From a virus (Duplodnaviria > Caudoviricetes): a stretch of DNA of 64,000 bases. The DNA lies in the IMG/VR virus record IMGVR_UViG_3300023170_004399, positions 160,001 to 224,000 of that record. One strand, given 5' to 3'. Both the position numbers and the translations under genes were made by a program. Shown here piece after piece: positions 29,706 through 39,300 of the stretch. Below the pieces are notes generated by a model. That model did no database searches. It saw only the letters and a program-made list of their open reading frames with translations, and had not been told where the DNA came from. Numbering within the stretch: the first letter of the stretch is position 1; each line of letters opens with the position of its first letter.

Positions 29706-30589
29706 TGGATAAAGTTTTTTACAATGAGGCGTCCGCTTCAAAATTAGGGTGGAAACCACAATGGTTTATACCGGGTCATGACCAGTTTGATAACAAATTA
29801 ATTAATGCTATTAGAGCATATCAAAGAGCTCATGGCATGACGGCCGATGGAATGTGTGGCCCCGGGACTTATAGAAGAATACAAGCAGATCAAGACATGT
29901 TGCGTGATCATGTTTTTCAAAAAGTAAAAAGTGGTTCAAAGTTTATATATTATATGGGACAACCGTTTCCTATAGAATGGGATAAAGTTAGCACATATAA
30001 TGATGATAATTGTTTAAAATTAACTGGTGCTATGAGAAGGCAGTCTAAGAAAAGAAATATTAAATATTTTGTAAATCATTGGGATGTTTGTTTAAATAGT
30101 GAAAGTTGTGTAAGAGTTTTAAACAAGCGCAATATATCAGTACATTTCTGTATTGACAATGATGGTTGTATTCATCAGTTAGCAGATTGTAATGATATAT
30201 GTTTTCATGCTGGTTCAAGTACTTCAAATGCAGCATCTATTGGTGTTGAAATAAGCAACGCATATTATCCTAAATATCAAGGATGGTATGAGAAAAATGG
30301 TTTTGGAAAAAGACCTATAATTGACAATGCTACAGTACATGGGAAAGGCATGAAGCCCTTTACAGGTTTTTATGATGTGCAACTGGAAGCTGCAAAAGCA
30401 CTGTGGTCAGCTATACATAATGCTGTGGGCATACCTTTAGTTGCACCAAATAGCAAAGACACTGTCGACAAAGATTTACAAAAAGGTAAGTTTAAAGGCT
30501 TTTGTTCTCACTATCACATAACTTCGCGAAAGATTGACTGTGCCGGTCTCGATATTTGGTCAATGATAGAAGATATTAAAAATAAATAA
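29702..30589 (+). CDS. Endolysin: peptidoglycan-binding domain plus N-acetylmuramoyl-L-alanine amidase
   Basis: YQRAHGMTADGMCGPGT; NHW, SVHFCID, FHAG, SIGVEI, SHY..KIDC. Confidence 0.88.
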   Translation: MMDKVFYNEASASKLGWKPQWFIPGHDQFDNKLINAIRAYQRAHGMTADGMCGPGTYRRIQADQDMLRDHVFQKVKSGSKFIYYMGQPFPIEWDKVSTYNDDNCLKLTGAMRRQSKKRNIKYFVNHWDVCLNSESCVRVLNKRNISVHFCIDNDGCIHQLADCNDICFHAGSSTSNAASIGVEISNAYYPKYQGWYEKNGFGKRPIIDNATVHGKGMKPFTGFYDVQLEAAKALWSAIHNAVGIPLVAPNSKDTVDKDLQKGKFKGFCSHYHITSRKIDCAGLDIWSMIEDIKNK

Positions 30590-30600
30590 CGTACATTGTT

Positions 30601-30644
30601 TCTAAATTGGTATAATCTTATTACTATAAGATTACTAATTTGGA
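30601..30644 (+). promoter_or_regulatory. Long hairpin containing an extended -10 (TGG-TATAAT) in the 5' arm and the glnA SD in the 3' arm
   Basis: 9-bp perfect inner stem (30613-21/30626-34) plus 10-bp outer stem with two GU pairs (30601-10/30635-44). Confidence 0.5.
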
Positions 30645-30650
30645 GATATA

Positions 30651-31721
30651 ATGAAAACTATTTTAGAATATGTTTGGCTAGATGGATATAAAACACAGAA
30701 TCTAAGATCAAAAATAAAGGTTGTCAATACTGCTGATATAGATTTTAGTTTTGGTGATAACATGCCTGAAATATCAAAAATACCTGATTGGAATTTTGAT
30801 GGCTCTTCTACAAAACAAGCAGAGGGGGATAACTCTGAATGTTTGTTGAAACCTGTAAGAGTTTATAGGTGGCCATATTCAATAAAAAACCACTTTGTTG
30901 TACTTTGCGAAGTTTACAATGCAAATGGTATACCACACGTTACTAATAAAAGACATTTGTTAGAAAAATTACATAAAAAATATTTGCATGATCATTTCTG
31001 GTTAGGTTTTGAGCAAGAATATTTTATTACAAAGAATAGAAGACCGCTTGGCTTTCCGGAAATGGGAACTCCTGGACCTCAAGGCCAATATTATTGTGGT
31101 GTAGGAACAAATCAAGCTGTTGGTCGTAAATTAACTCTCCAACACATGTCAGCTTGTATTGACATGGGGATGGATATTACTGGCACAAATGCGGAAGTTG
31201 CTATTGGTCAATGGGAATATCAAATATTTGGTAAGTCACCTTTGAAAGCGGCTGATGATGTAATAATTTCTAGGTATGTTTTAAAACTATTAGCAGAAGA
31301 TTATGGATATGATATTAACTTTGATCCAAAGCCAATCGACGGTGACTGGAATGGGAGTGGTATGCATACTAATTTTTCAAACGAGTACATGCGAGAAACT
31401 GGCGGAGAAACTTATCTTAAAGATTTAATGAGTATTTTTAAAGAAAAGCATCATGCTAATATTAAAGATTATGGCGAAGGCAACAGTATGAGATTGACTG
31501 GTAGGCATGAAACACAGCATATTGATGTTTTCACTTACGGTATTGCTGATAGAGGCGCATCAATTAGGGTTTCGAATGATTTTGTGCGCAATGGTTATAA
31601 AGGTTACTTAGAAGACAGAAGACCCGCCAGTAATGCCAATCCTTATGTTGTATCTATTGCTATAATAGAAAACAGCTGTAGTGGTACAATTGAATGCTCG
31701 GGAAGAAACAATGAAAAATAA
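30651..31721 (+). CDS. glnA: Glutamine synthetase, type II-like
   Basis: EYVWLDG, LRSK, WNFDGSST, GFEQEY, PQGQYYCGVG, NAEVAIGQWEYQI, DWNGSGMHTNFS, LTGRHET, RGASIR, EDRRPASN. Confidence 0.93.
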   Translation: MKTILEYVWLDGYKTQNLRSKIKVVNTADIDFSFGDNMPEISKIPDWNFDGSSTKQAEGDNSECLLKPVRVYRWPYSIKNHFVVLCEVYNANGIPHVTNKRHLLEKLHKKYLHDHFWLGFEQEYFITKNRRPLGFPEMGTPGPQGQYYCGVGTNQAVGRKLTLQHMSACIDMGMDITGTNAEVAIGQWEYQIFGKSPLKAADDVIISRYVLKLLAEDYGYDINFDPKPIDGDWNGSGMHTNFSNEYMRETGGETYLKDLMSIFKEKHHANIKDYGEGNSMRLTGRHETQHIDVFTYGIADRGASIRVSNDFVRNGYKGYLEDRRPASNANPYVVSIAIIENSCSGTIECSGRNNEK

Positions 31722-32583
31722 TTTTAAACCACCATTTAAGTGGGCAGGTGCAAAAAACAGAATGTATGAAAAGTATGTAAGTGCTGGTTTTTTTCCGGCT
31801 AGCACTTCACATGATTTATTTGTAGATGTTTTTGGTGGCACTGGTTGTGTTTCTATGTGGGTTCGTGACCGGTATCCAAATTTACCTATAGTCTTAAATG
31901 ATAATAATAGATATATAGTCGAAATGTATAAAACAATGATCAGTGATACAGAAGACTTTGTAAAAGAATATAATAAAATAATCGCACAATATTCTGTTTT
32001 GAATGTTAGTGATAGAAAGAAAATGTACTATCAAAAACGAGATGAGTATCGTTTACAATATGCAAAACTTGGTAGAATAAAAGAAAATGCTACCTTATTA
32101 TATTTAATCCAAACGGGCTTTAATGGCATATGGCAAACAATGAAAGAATCAGGCGACAGATATGCAACTCCTTCGGGGCTTCAAAAAAGCAATGGAAACT
32201 CTGTGACTTTTAGCGAAAGTAGATTAAGAAAATATATTGACTATTTAAGATCATTTACAATTACTTGTGATGATTTTGAAAAATGTATGTTATCATATGA
32301 GAACGCATGGTTGTATTGTGACCCACCTTATAGAGACACTGTGCAGAGATATGGTAGTAGCTTTAACGATGACAAACAAGCATTATTGGTTGATACGTGT
32401 AAATTAGTTTCAAAAAGTGGTAACTTGGTTTCTATGAGTAACAAAGAAGTTGATAATTGGTTTTCATCTAGATTTGATCATACTTGGAATTTTAAAATAT
32501 TTAACAATGTTAAATACACAGCAGGAAGACACAACAAAGGCTTTGGTGCGAAAGCAACAGAGGTCTTAATCAAAAATTATTAA
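31711..32583 (+). CDS. N6-adenine DNA methyltransferase (Dam/D12 class)
   Basis: FKWAGAK, DVFGGTG (motif I), FNG, YCDPPY (motif IV); start reassigned to ATG 31711. Confidence 0.88.
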   Translation: MKNNFKPPFKWAGAKNRMYEKYVSAGFFPASTSHDLFVDVFGGTGCVSMWVRDRYPNLPIVLNDNNRYIVEMYKTMISDTEDFVKEYNKIIAQYSVLNVSDRKKMYYQKRDEYRLQYAKLGRIKENATLLYLIQTGFNGIWQTMKESGDRYATPSGLQKSNGNSVTFSESRLRKYIDYLRSFTITCDDFEKCMLSYENAWLYCDPPYRDTVQRYGSSFNDDKQALLVDTCKLVSKSGNLVSMSNKEVDNWFSSRFDHTWNFKIFNNVKYTAGRHNKGFGAKATEVLIKNY

Positions 32584-32632
32584 AAATTATTATAACCGGT
32601 CGAGAGAAGACCACAAACAAAATGGAGAACAT

Positions 32633-32797
32633 ATGATTTTATCAGTATTATTTTTATTTGCATGCGGCGATGATAAAGAAGACACTGCCATTGCACAAGA
32701 AACTGGAGAGGTAGAGATTGTTGAAGAAGCAGAAGAAGCAGAAGAAACTGAAGAAACTGAAGAGACGGAAAGCGGTGAGACAGAAGAAGCAGAGTAA
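32633..32797 (+). CDS. Small acidic putative lipoprotein (54 aa, absent from the ORF track)
   Basis: GGAG SD 5 nt upstream; MILSVLFLFA-C-GDDKEDTA.., then EEA/EET repeats. Confidence 0.7.
   Translation: MILSVLFLFACGDDKEDTAIAQETGEVEIVEEAEEAEETEETEETESGETEEAE
32723..32767 (+). repeat. 9-nt tandem repeat (GAAGAAGCA x2, GAAGAAACT x2, GAAGAGACG)
   Basis: Directly visible; encodes EEA/EET. Confidence 0.85.
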
Positions 32798-32799
32798 TA

Positions 32800-32900
32800 G
32801 ACTGTAGTTGCAGTCACATATGGTCATGATACGGGCACGACGAGATGCTTGCTTTCAAAAGCCGGTGGAGACCATCAAAAAAAACCCGTATCTCTTTTTT
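32800..32900 (+). ncRNA. Candidate structured RNA element upstream of thyX
   Basis: 44 of 93 nt G+C (32800-32892); GATACGGG/CCCGTATC closing stem, inner hairpins, T run. Confidence 0.3.
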
Positions 32901-32922
32901 ATATAACATTGGTAGAAGTAAA

Positions 32923-33645
32923 ATGAAAATAGAAATATATAATGACGGAATTGGAAGTGTAGAATATGTACAACACATGGGCGAAGACATCACTGTAGTA
33001 AATAGTGCTCGTGTTTCTTTTGGCAAACAGAAAGATAATGTTGATGACAAAGATAAAAAATTAATTAATTATCTCATAAAACATAAGCACACTAGCACAT
33101 TAGAGCACAATGTTATAACTTTTAGGTTTGTCGTACCTTTATTTATCAGGTCTCAACATCACAGACACAGAACATGGTCTTACAATGAAATAAGCAGGCG
33201 TTATACAGATGTTAACTTAAATTTTTACAAACCTAAAAAATTTAGAACACAGCATACAAGTAATAGACAAGCTTCTAATCCGGATGAATTAATCAATCCC
33301 CGGGTTTACCCAACATTAAGTTTGATAAAAGCATCTGAATTATTAGAGTGCAGAATTAGTGATTGTTTGCAAACGTTTAATGATCTAATAGATGTTGGTG
33401 TTTGTAGAGAACAAGCTAGGATGATTTTACCTCAGTGTTTATATACGGAATACTACGGGACTTGTAATTTAAATAACCTTTTAAAGTTTTGTGCCTTAAG
33501 ACTTCACGATGGTGCTCAGTGGGAAATACAGCAAGTGGCAAAAGCATGCTTAAAAATTGCAAAAAAACATTGGCCAATAACTGTGAATGCATGGATAAAT
33601 AATCTTTCAGATGAGGATCTTAAAGCAGAATTCCTATCTGTGTAA
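32923..33645 (+). CDS. thyX: FAD-dependent thymidylate synthase ThyX
   Basis: VNSARVSF, HTSTLEH, RHRTWSYNEISRRY, REQARMILP, LR....AQWEI. Confidence 0.95.
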   Translation: MKIEIYNDGIGSVEYVQHMGEDITVVNSARVSFGKQKDNVDDKDKKLINYLIKHKHTSTLEHNVITFRFVVPLFIRSQHHRHRTWSYNEISRRYTDVNLNFYKPKKFRTQHTSNRQASNPDELINPRVYPTLSLIKASELLECRISDCLQTFNDLIDVGVCREQARMILPQCLYTEYYGTCNLNNLLKFCALRLHDGAQWEIQQVAKACLKIAKKHWPITVNAWINNLSDEDLKAEFLSV

Positions 33646-33671
33646 TTAAAATCGATTTTGATTTTTCTATA

Positions 33672-33679
33672 ATATTTAT
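33672..33679 (+). promoter_or_regulatory. ATATTTAT motif (putative late promoter)
   Basis: Intergenic copy of the motif. Confidence 0.3.
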
Positions 33680-33724
33680 ATAAAAGGTAGTTCAGTTTTT
33701 GTATTTAATATTCGGAGAATTAAA

Positions 33725-34045
33725 ATGACAAACAATGAAGGCTGGGCTGAGTATTCTAAACTAGTCCTAAAAGAGTTAGAGACACTTAATAAATCAATTG
33801 AATCTTTAAATGAACAGATTAATGACTTAAAAAACGAAATTGCAGTTTTAAAAGAAAGAGAAGATAGGGTAAGTGGTTTATTGCAGTGGAAAGAAAGAGT
33901 AGACGAAATAGCTAGCCCTTCTCAGTTGAAAGAAATGAAGAATGATGTTGATGATCTAAAAAAGTTTGCAACTAAAGCAACTACGATTTTTGCTGCAGTA
34001 CAAGTTTTCATGGGTATGGTTTTTGCGCTATTAAAATATTTATAA
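33725..34045 (+). CDS. Coiled-coil protein with a C-terminal transmembrane helix
   Basis: Heptad pattern, then TIFAAVQVFMGMVFALL. Confidence 0.7.
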   Translation: MTNNEGWAEYSKLVLKELETLNKSIESLNEQINDLKNEIAVLKEREDRVSGLLQWKERVDEIASPSQLKEMKNDVDDLKKFATKATTIFAAVQVFMGMVFALLKYL

Positions 34046-34061
34046 AATATGTTTTAACACG

Positions 34062-34075
34062 GTATAGTACTATAC
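34062..34075. promoter_or_regulatory. Perfect 14-bp palindrome overlapping a -10-like box (putative operator)
   Basis: GTATAGTACTATAC; same GTATA-N4-TATAC form as 61529-61542. Confidence 0.45.
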
Positions 34076-34100
34076 AAACTAATTAACAAAGGGAGTATGT

Positions 34101-34940
34101 ATGCCGGAAGGTCCAGAATGTAGAACGTTTGCTTTAGGTTTAGCAAAAGCAATATCATATAAGACACTAGTTGATATTAATATCCTTAGTGGCAAGTATT
34201 CAAGAGAAGCACCAAAAGGTTTTCATGACTTGAAACCTAAATTGCCAATACAAATGGTTGGTGCTGGTGTTCATGGAAAATACATTTATGCACTAGGTAG
34301 AGAAGATCAGTTAATCATTAGTTTTACTATGGGCATGACTGGCAATTTTTCAATTGAAAAACAAAAGCATTCTCGTGTTGAGTTTTGTTTTAGTGATAAT
34401 TCACGTGTGTACTATAATGACACTAGAAACTTTGGCACAATTCGTTTTGATTTTGGTAAGGATTATTTAGTTGATAAACTAGAAGGATTAGGGCCAGATA
34501 TGTTAGTGGAAGATATATCAGACCAAAATTTTATTACCCTACTAAGAGCTAAAAATAAATGGAATATTTGCAAAGCTTTGATGGATCAACATGTTATTGC
34601 TGGCGTAGGGAATTATGTAAAAGCTGATAGTCTATGGTTGTCAAAAATAAACCCTAATGCTAAAATATCTGATTTAGAAGATGGTGAATTAGCAGTGTTG
34701 AACAGATCTGTCAAAAAAGTTTTAAGAACCAGTTTTGAAGAAGGTGGTGCAACTTTTAAATCTTATAGTGACATTAATGGCAATTTAGGTAATTACTCCC
34801 GGCGTTTTTTAGTGTATAATCAAAAAAGTGACCCTGAAGGAAACTTAGTAGAAAAAATAAAAACACCTGATGGTAGAACAACGCATTGGTCGCCTAAGGT
34901 ACAAACTAATGGAGATAACAATGAGCCTAAAACTGTCTGA
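34101..34940 (+). CDS. Fpg/Nei family DNA glycosylase/AP lyase with a zinc-less finger
   Basis: MPEGPE, GK, GMTG, YNDTRNFG, LGPD, ALMDQHVIAGVGNYV (H2TH), DGRTTHW without Cys. Confidence 0.92.
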   Translation: MPEGPECRTFALGLAKAISYKTLVDINILSGKYSREAPKGFHDLKPKLPIQMVGAGVHGKYIYALGREDQLIISFTMGMTGNFSIEKQKHSRVEFCFSDNSRVYYNDTRNFGTIRFDFGKDYLVDKLEGLGPDMLVEDISDQNFITLLRAKNKWNICKALMDQHVIAGVGNYVKADSLWLSKINPNAKISDLEDGELAVLNRSVKKVLRTSFEEGGATFKSYSDINGNLGNYSRRFLVYNQKSDPEGNLVEKIKTPDGRTTHWSPKVQTNGDNNEPKTV

Positions 34941-35157
34941 CGAAACAATAGCACATATAGCTAAAATTATTCAAGTAGCAATACTTAGTGGTACTGATAT
35001 AGTCGATCATTTAAGACTTTTGTCTTTGGTAAAAAATGATGAAGATTATTTGGTCCCTTCACCTGAAACTAATGAATTATTTGAAAAAAGTATTCAGGAC
35101 ATGTTAAAAGATATTGAACAAAAGAATTTTGAAAAAGAAATTGTTACGGATGAATAA
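34921..35157 (+). CDS. Hypothetical protein
   Basis: GGAG SD before ATG 34921. Confidence 0.7.
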   Translation: MSLKLSDETIAHIAKIIQVAILSGTDIVDHLRLLSLVKNDEDYLVPSPETNELFEKSIQDMLKDIEQKNFEKEIVTDE

Positions 35158-35159
35158 TA

Positions 35160-35915
35160 TTGGCATTAACTAATAAACATAAAAAAAGAATTAAAGATGC
35201 ATCATTAATGGTAAGCAGTCTTCGTAAAATGACAGAAGATATGCAGTCTATTAATGATGCATACTCTAAAGAGCTTGATGATATACTTAAAGCACTTGTA
35301 TTAGGCAAACGTACAACTAAGGCTCAATCAAATGCATCTACACAAACTAATGCGGAAGTAGAAAATGCAGACAACACTAATTTAATTGCAGAGAAAGACC
35401 CAGAGTCTGCAGAAAGCACATACAGTGAAAAACATGAAAATCAAAGTGAGCAGAAAGAAGAGAAAAACCTCGTTGATTTAGAAACTAACAACAATGCACC
35501 GCCGTCCTGGGCGAAAGATTTATATAAAAAAATACTAAAAATCTGTCATCCTGATAAGCTTAATATTAAAGACACATTAGATTTTGAAAAAAAGCTACAT
35601 GCTGGGAAGTCATGTTTAAGATATTATAATACTGGAAATTATGAGTATATGATCATGGTTGGTGGCACAGTAGATACTTTTACAGATAAACTATCACAAA
35701 ACAAACAGTTAGAAATATTAAACAAAATTTATGCAGAAGATAATCAATCAATTCAATCTATACAGAATTCTGTGTCATGGAAGTGGGGTATTTCATGGGA
35801 TGAGCAAGGCGGAAGAATTAGGTTTTTAGAGAATTTTTGTAGACTTAAAAAAATAAAACCAATTCCTAACAGGAAGCAGCTGCAAAAAATATTAGATGAA
35901 ATAGAAAATCAATAA
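35160..35915 (+). CDS. Hypothetical protein with a J-domain-like HPD motif
   Basis: WAKDLYKKILKICHPDKL. Confidence 0.55.
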   Translation: MALTNKHKKRIKDASLMVSSLRKMTEDMQSINDAYSKELDDILKALVLGKRTTKAQSNASTQTNAEVENADNTNLIAEKDPESAESTYSEKHENQSEQKEEKNLVDLETNNNAPPSWAKDLYKKILKICHPDKLNIKDTLDFEKKLHAGKSCLRYYNTGNYEYMIMVGGTVDTFTDKLSQNKQLEILNKIYAEDNQSIQSIQNSVSWKWGISWDEQGGRIRFLENFCRLKKIKPIPNRKQLQKILDEIENQ

Positions 35916-35929
35916 ATTTTCTGTAAATT

Positions 35930-35970
35930 TTGCAAAAAATATATATGTTTGTTATATTACTATTACTAAC
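35930..35970 (+). promoter_or_regulatory. Sigma70-type promoter with conserved downstream element
   Basis: TTGCAA-17 nt-TATATT-ACTATTACTAAC. Confidence 0.7.
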
Positions 35971-35990
35971 CAACAAACAAAGGATCAAAC

Positions 35991-36236
35991 ATGTCAGATT
36001 ATCTTAAAAAACAATCTTTATCTTCAGTGTACGTTAACTGGGATGATATTGATTTAATAGTAGAAATAAATAGAATTTTGGCTTTAAGTTTAGCTAGAAG
36101 AACGCCTGTCGTTAATTTAGTATTTAAAGAATTACAATCAGAATGGAAAAAAAGACATTCGTCTAAAAGGGTACCAAAAATCATTTTAGATGATGAATTT
36201 ATTTTTCATGGAGAAAATAATGAAAAAAACAAGTAA
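35991..36236 (+). CDS. Hypothetical protein (81 aa)
   Basis: AAGGA SD, downstream of a promoter. Confidence 0.7.
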   Translation: MSDYLKKQSLSSVYVNWDDIDLIVEINRILALSLARRTPVVNLVFKELQSEWKKRHSSKRVPKIILDDEFIFHGENNEKNK

Positions 36237-36363
36237 AACACGTAAAATACTTGGCGGTGTCAAGTTATTTTTAATGTGTAATTTTGTAATAACATATAGT
36301 TTGGCTTTCGCTACTACGAAAGTAATGTACAACAAATATTTTAATAATAAGGAGAATAAATGA
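36220..36363 (+). CDS. Small membrane protein (47 aa, absent from the ORF track)
   Basis: GGAG SD; MKKTSKTRK plus hydrophobic stretch; its TGA overlaps the dnaE ATG (ATGA). Confidence 0.55.
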   Translation: MKKTSKTRKILGGVKLFLMCNFVITYSLAFATTKVMYNKYFNNKENK

Positions 36364-39300
36364 TTAAAAAACCAACCCGTTTTGTAGGACTACATTCACA
36401 TTCAGGCTTTTCTACATTTGATGGATTAGATTACCCAAATGAACACATAGACTTTTGTCGTGAAAATGGTCTTGATGCTTTTGCTTTAACTGACCATGGT
36501 CACATGAATGGATTTGCTCATGCATATCTGCACACTAAAAAACTTAATGATGCTGGTGCAAATTTTAAGTTTATTCCTGGTTGTGAAATGTATGTACATC
36601 CTGATTTAGATGTTTGGTCTTTAGACCATCAAATTCAAAAAGCCGCTAAGCAAGGTGATCAAGCAGCAATAAATAAACTTAATGCGCAGCGTGAAAAAAT
36701 CATTACGCCACTATTTGATCGCACTGATTCTGATGATGAATTAGAAGATATAGAAATTATTAATGATACTAATCAACTCACTATTGAGAATGAAGAAGAA
36801 ACCAAGTCTGGTAAATTTTATGACCCAGTTAAGCGTAGACATCATTTAGTTGTATTACCAAAAACAAATAATGGTATACAAAAAGTTATGCATTTAGTTT
36901 CACGTGGTTACTTAGAAGGTTTCTTCAGGTTCCCACGCATTGATTACAAAATGTTAAGAGAAGCTGGTAAAGATGGTGATTTAATTATTTCAAGTGCTTG
37001 TTTGGGTGGACCATTTGCTTATGAAATATTCAAACATATGCAACAAGTAGAATTTGATCATCTTCATCCGGATTTATTAGATAGACCTGGTATGCAAGAA
37101 AGAGTGCTTAATGATATGGGCAATGTACTTGATCAACTTAGTTGGGCTGTTGGTCTAGAAAATGTATTTTTAGAACTACAATTTAACAAGTTATCTGCAC
37201 AACATTTAGTTAATAAAGCTTTGCTTTTATTCGCTGAAAAACACAACTTACAAAATCAATTAGTCGTTACTTGTGACAGTCATTATAGTAGACCTGACCA
37301 CTGGAAAGAACGCGAGTTATATAAAAAACTTGGCTGGCTTAACTATAAAGACTTTAATCCAGAGAATATGCCATCATCAAAAGAAGATTTGAAATGCGAG
37401 TTATATCCTAAAAACTCGAAGCAAGTCTGGGAATCATATATTGAAACTACACAAGAATATCCTGGTATATACAATGATACGATAGTCTGTGATGCTATAG
37501 AAAGAACATATGATATAGCTCATGATGTCATTGATCATGATATGTCTGTCGATACTAGTATGAAATTGCCTAGCTATGTAATTCCTGAAAATATGTCACC
37601 TGATAAAGCTTTGTTAGAAGCATGCAAAAAAGGTTTGGTTGCTAGAGGCAAACATACTGATCAGGCATATATTGATCGATTGAAAATGGAATTAACAGTT
37701 ATACGTGAAAAAGGTTTTTCCGCTTATTTCTTAACTATGAAAAAGATGTTAGACATTGCCAGACGTGAGATGTTTGTTGGCCCAGGTCGTGGTTCTGGTG
37801 CTGGTTCTTTAGTTGCTTGGACGCTTAATATTACTGATATGGATCCAATAGAATATGGTTTGCTTTTTGAAAGGTTTTTGTCTATTCATAGAAAAGGATA
37901 CCCTGATATTGATACTGATGTTGGTGATAGAGACCGCTTAATTCAAATGTTGCGTGATGAGTTTTCAGCTGAAAATGTTATACCTATTTCTAACTACAAT
38001 ACTTTTAAATTAAAGACACTAGTTAAAGATATCTCTAGGTTCTACGGCATTCCATTCGAAGAGTCCAATAATGCGCTTAAGACTGTCGAAAATGATGTTA
38101 TATCTGCTATACGTGGACCTGGTTTTAATCGCGGTACATTTGTATTAGAATACAAAGATGCACTAGAACATTCTGACAAGTTTAGAGATTTTATAGAAAA
38201 ATACCCCATGATAGCAGAACCTATCAATGTTTTGTTTAAACAAAATAAAGCATTAGGACGTCATGCAGGCGGTGTAATTGTATCTGAAAATATAGCTGAA
38301 AGAATGCCACTTATTCGCGCTAAAGGTGAAGCACAAACACCTTGGACCGAAGGCATGACTAGTCAGTTAGAAAAATTTGGTTGGATTAAGTTTGACTTAC
38401 TAGGGCTGGGTACTTTACGTATTATTCAAGATTGCATTAAAATGATATTACGTGAAAAGACTGGTAAGTTTGAACCATCTTTCAAAGAAATCCAAGATTG
38501 GTACAATAAAAACTTAGCTCCCGACACCATTGATCATGATGATCAAGAAGTGTATAAGAATGTTTATCATGATGGAAACTTTGTTTCGACATTTCAGTGT
38601 GTAAATGCTGGTGCTCAAAGACTATTTATGAAATGTAAACCAACTAGTATAGTTGATTTAGCAACTCTAACCTCTATATATAGACCCGGTCCGCTTCAAG
38701 CACACGTTGATAAACTATATCATAAGCAAAAAAGCAATCCGGATATAATCGATTATAAGCACCCTCTTATAAAAGAGTGTTTAGAGGAAACTGCTGGCTG
38801 TATTATCTTTCAAGAGCAGGTTATGAATTTGTGTCATGTTGTCGCTGGTTTTCCAAAAGAAGACTGTGATATGATTAGACGTAAATTGATGAAAAGAAAG
38901 ATTGGTGAAATGGGTGGACCAGACCCTGAAGTTAAAATTGCTTTTGTTAAAGGTGCCGTTGAAAACGGTGTGCCAGAGAAAGTAGCAGACAAACTATTTG
39001 AAGATATTCTTTATTTTGCTGGTTATGGTTTTAACAAATCACATGCTGTTGCATACGCAATGATTAGTTACCAGTGTGCTTATTTATTAACACACTTTCA
39101 AGAACACTGGGTGAAAGCTGTGCTTAATTCGACAGCTAATGATCCAAAAGCACAAGCAAAAGCTATTACTGAAATTAAGTCATTAGGTTATGGATTAGTA
39201 CCTATTGATATTAACTTAGCTGAAAAGAACTGGACAATTGTTGATGGTAAAAAGTTAATGCCTAGTTTTTACAGCTGTAAAGGTATTGGTGAAACTGCAC

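Noticed and set aside
32800-32900. Known riboswitch (ZTP, THF, glutamine, c-di-GMP, preQ1)
   Set aside because: The conserved cores of these families are not present by eye; kept only as an unassigned structured element.
36610-36840. Possible intein or intron in DnaE (insertion in the PHP domain)
   Set aside because: The insert is short and acidic, in frame, and lacks Cys/Ser-start and His-Asn-end splicing motifs or a homing endonuclease; RNR, helicase and RecA are also uninterrupted.
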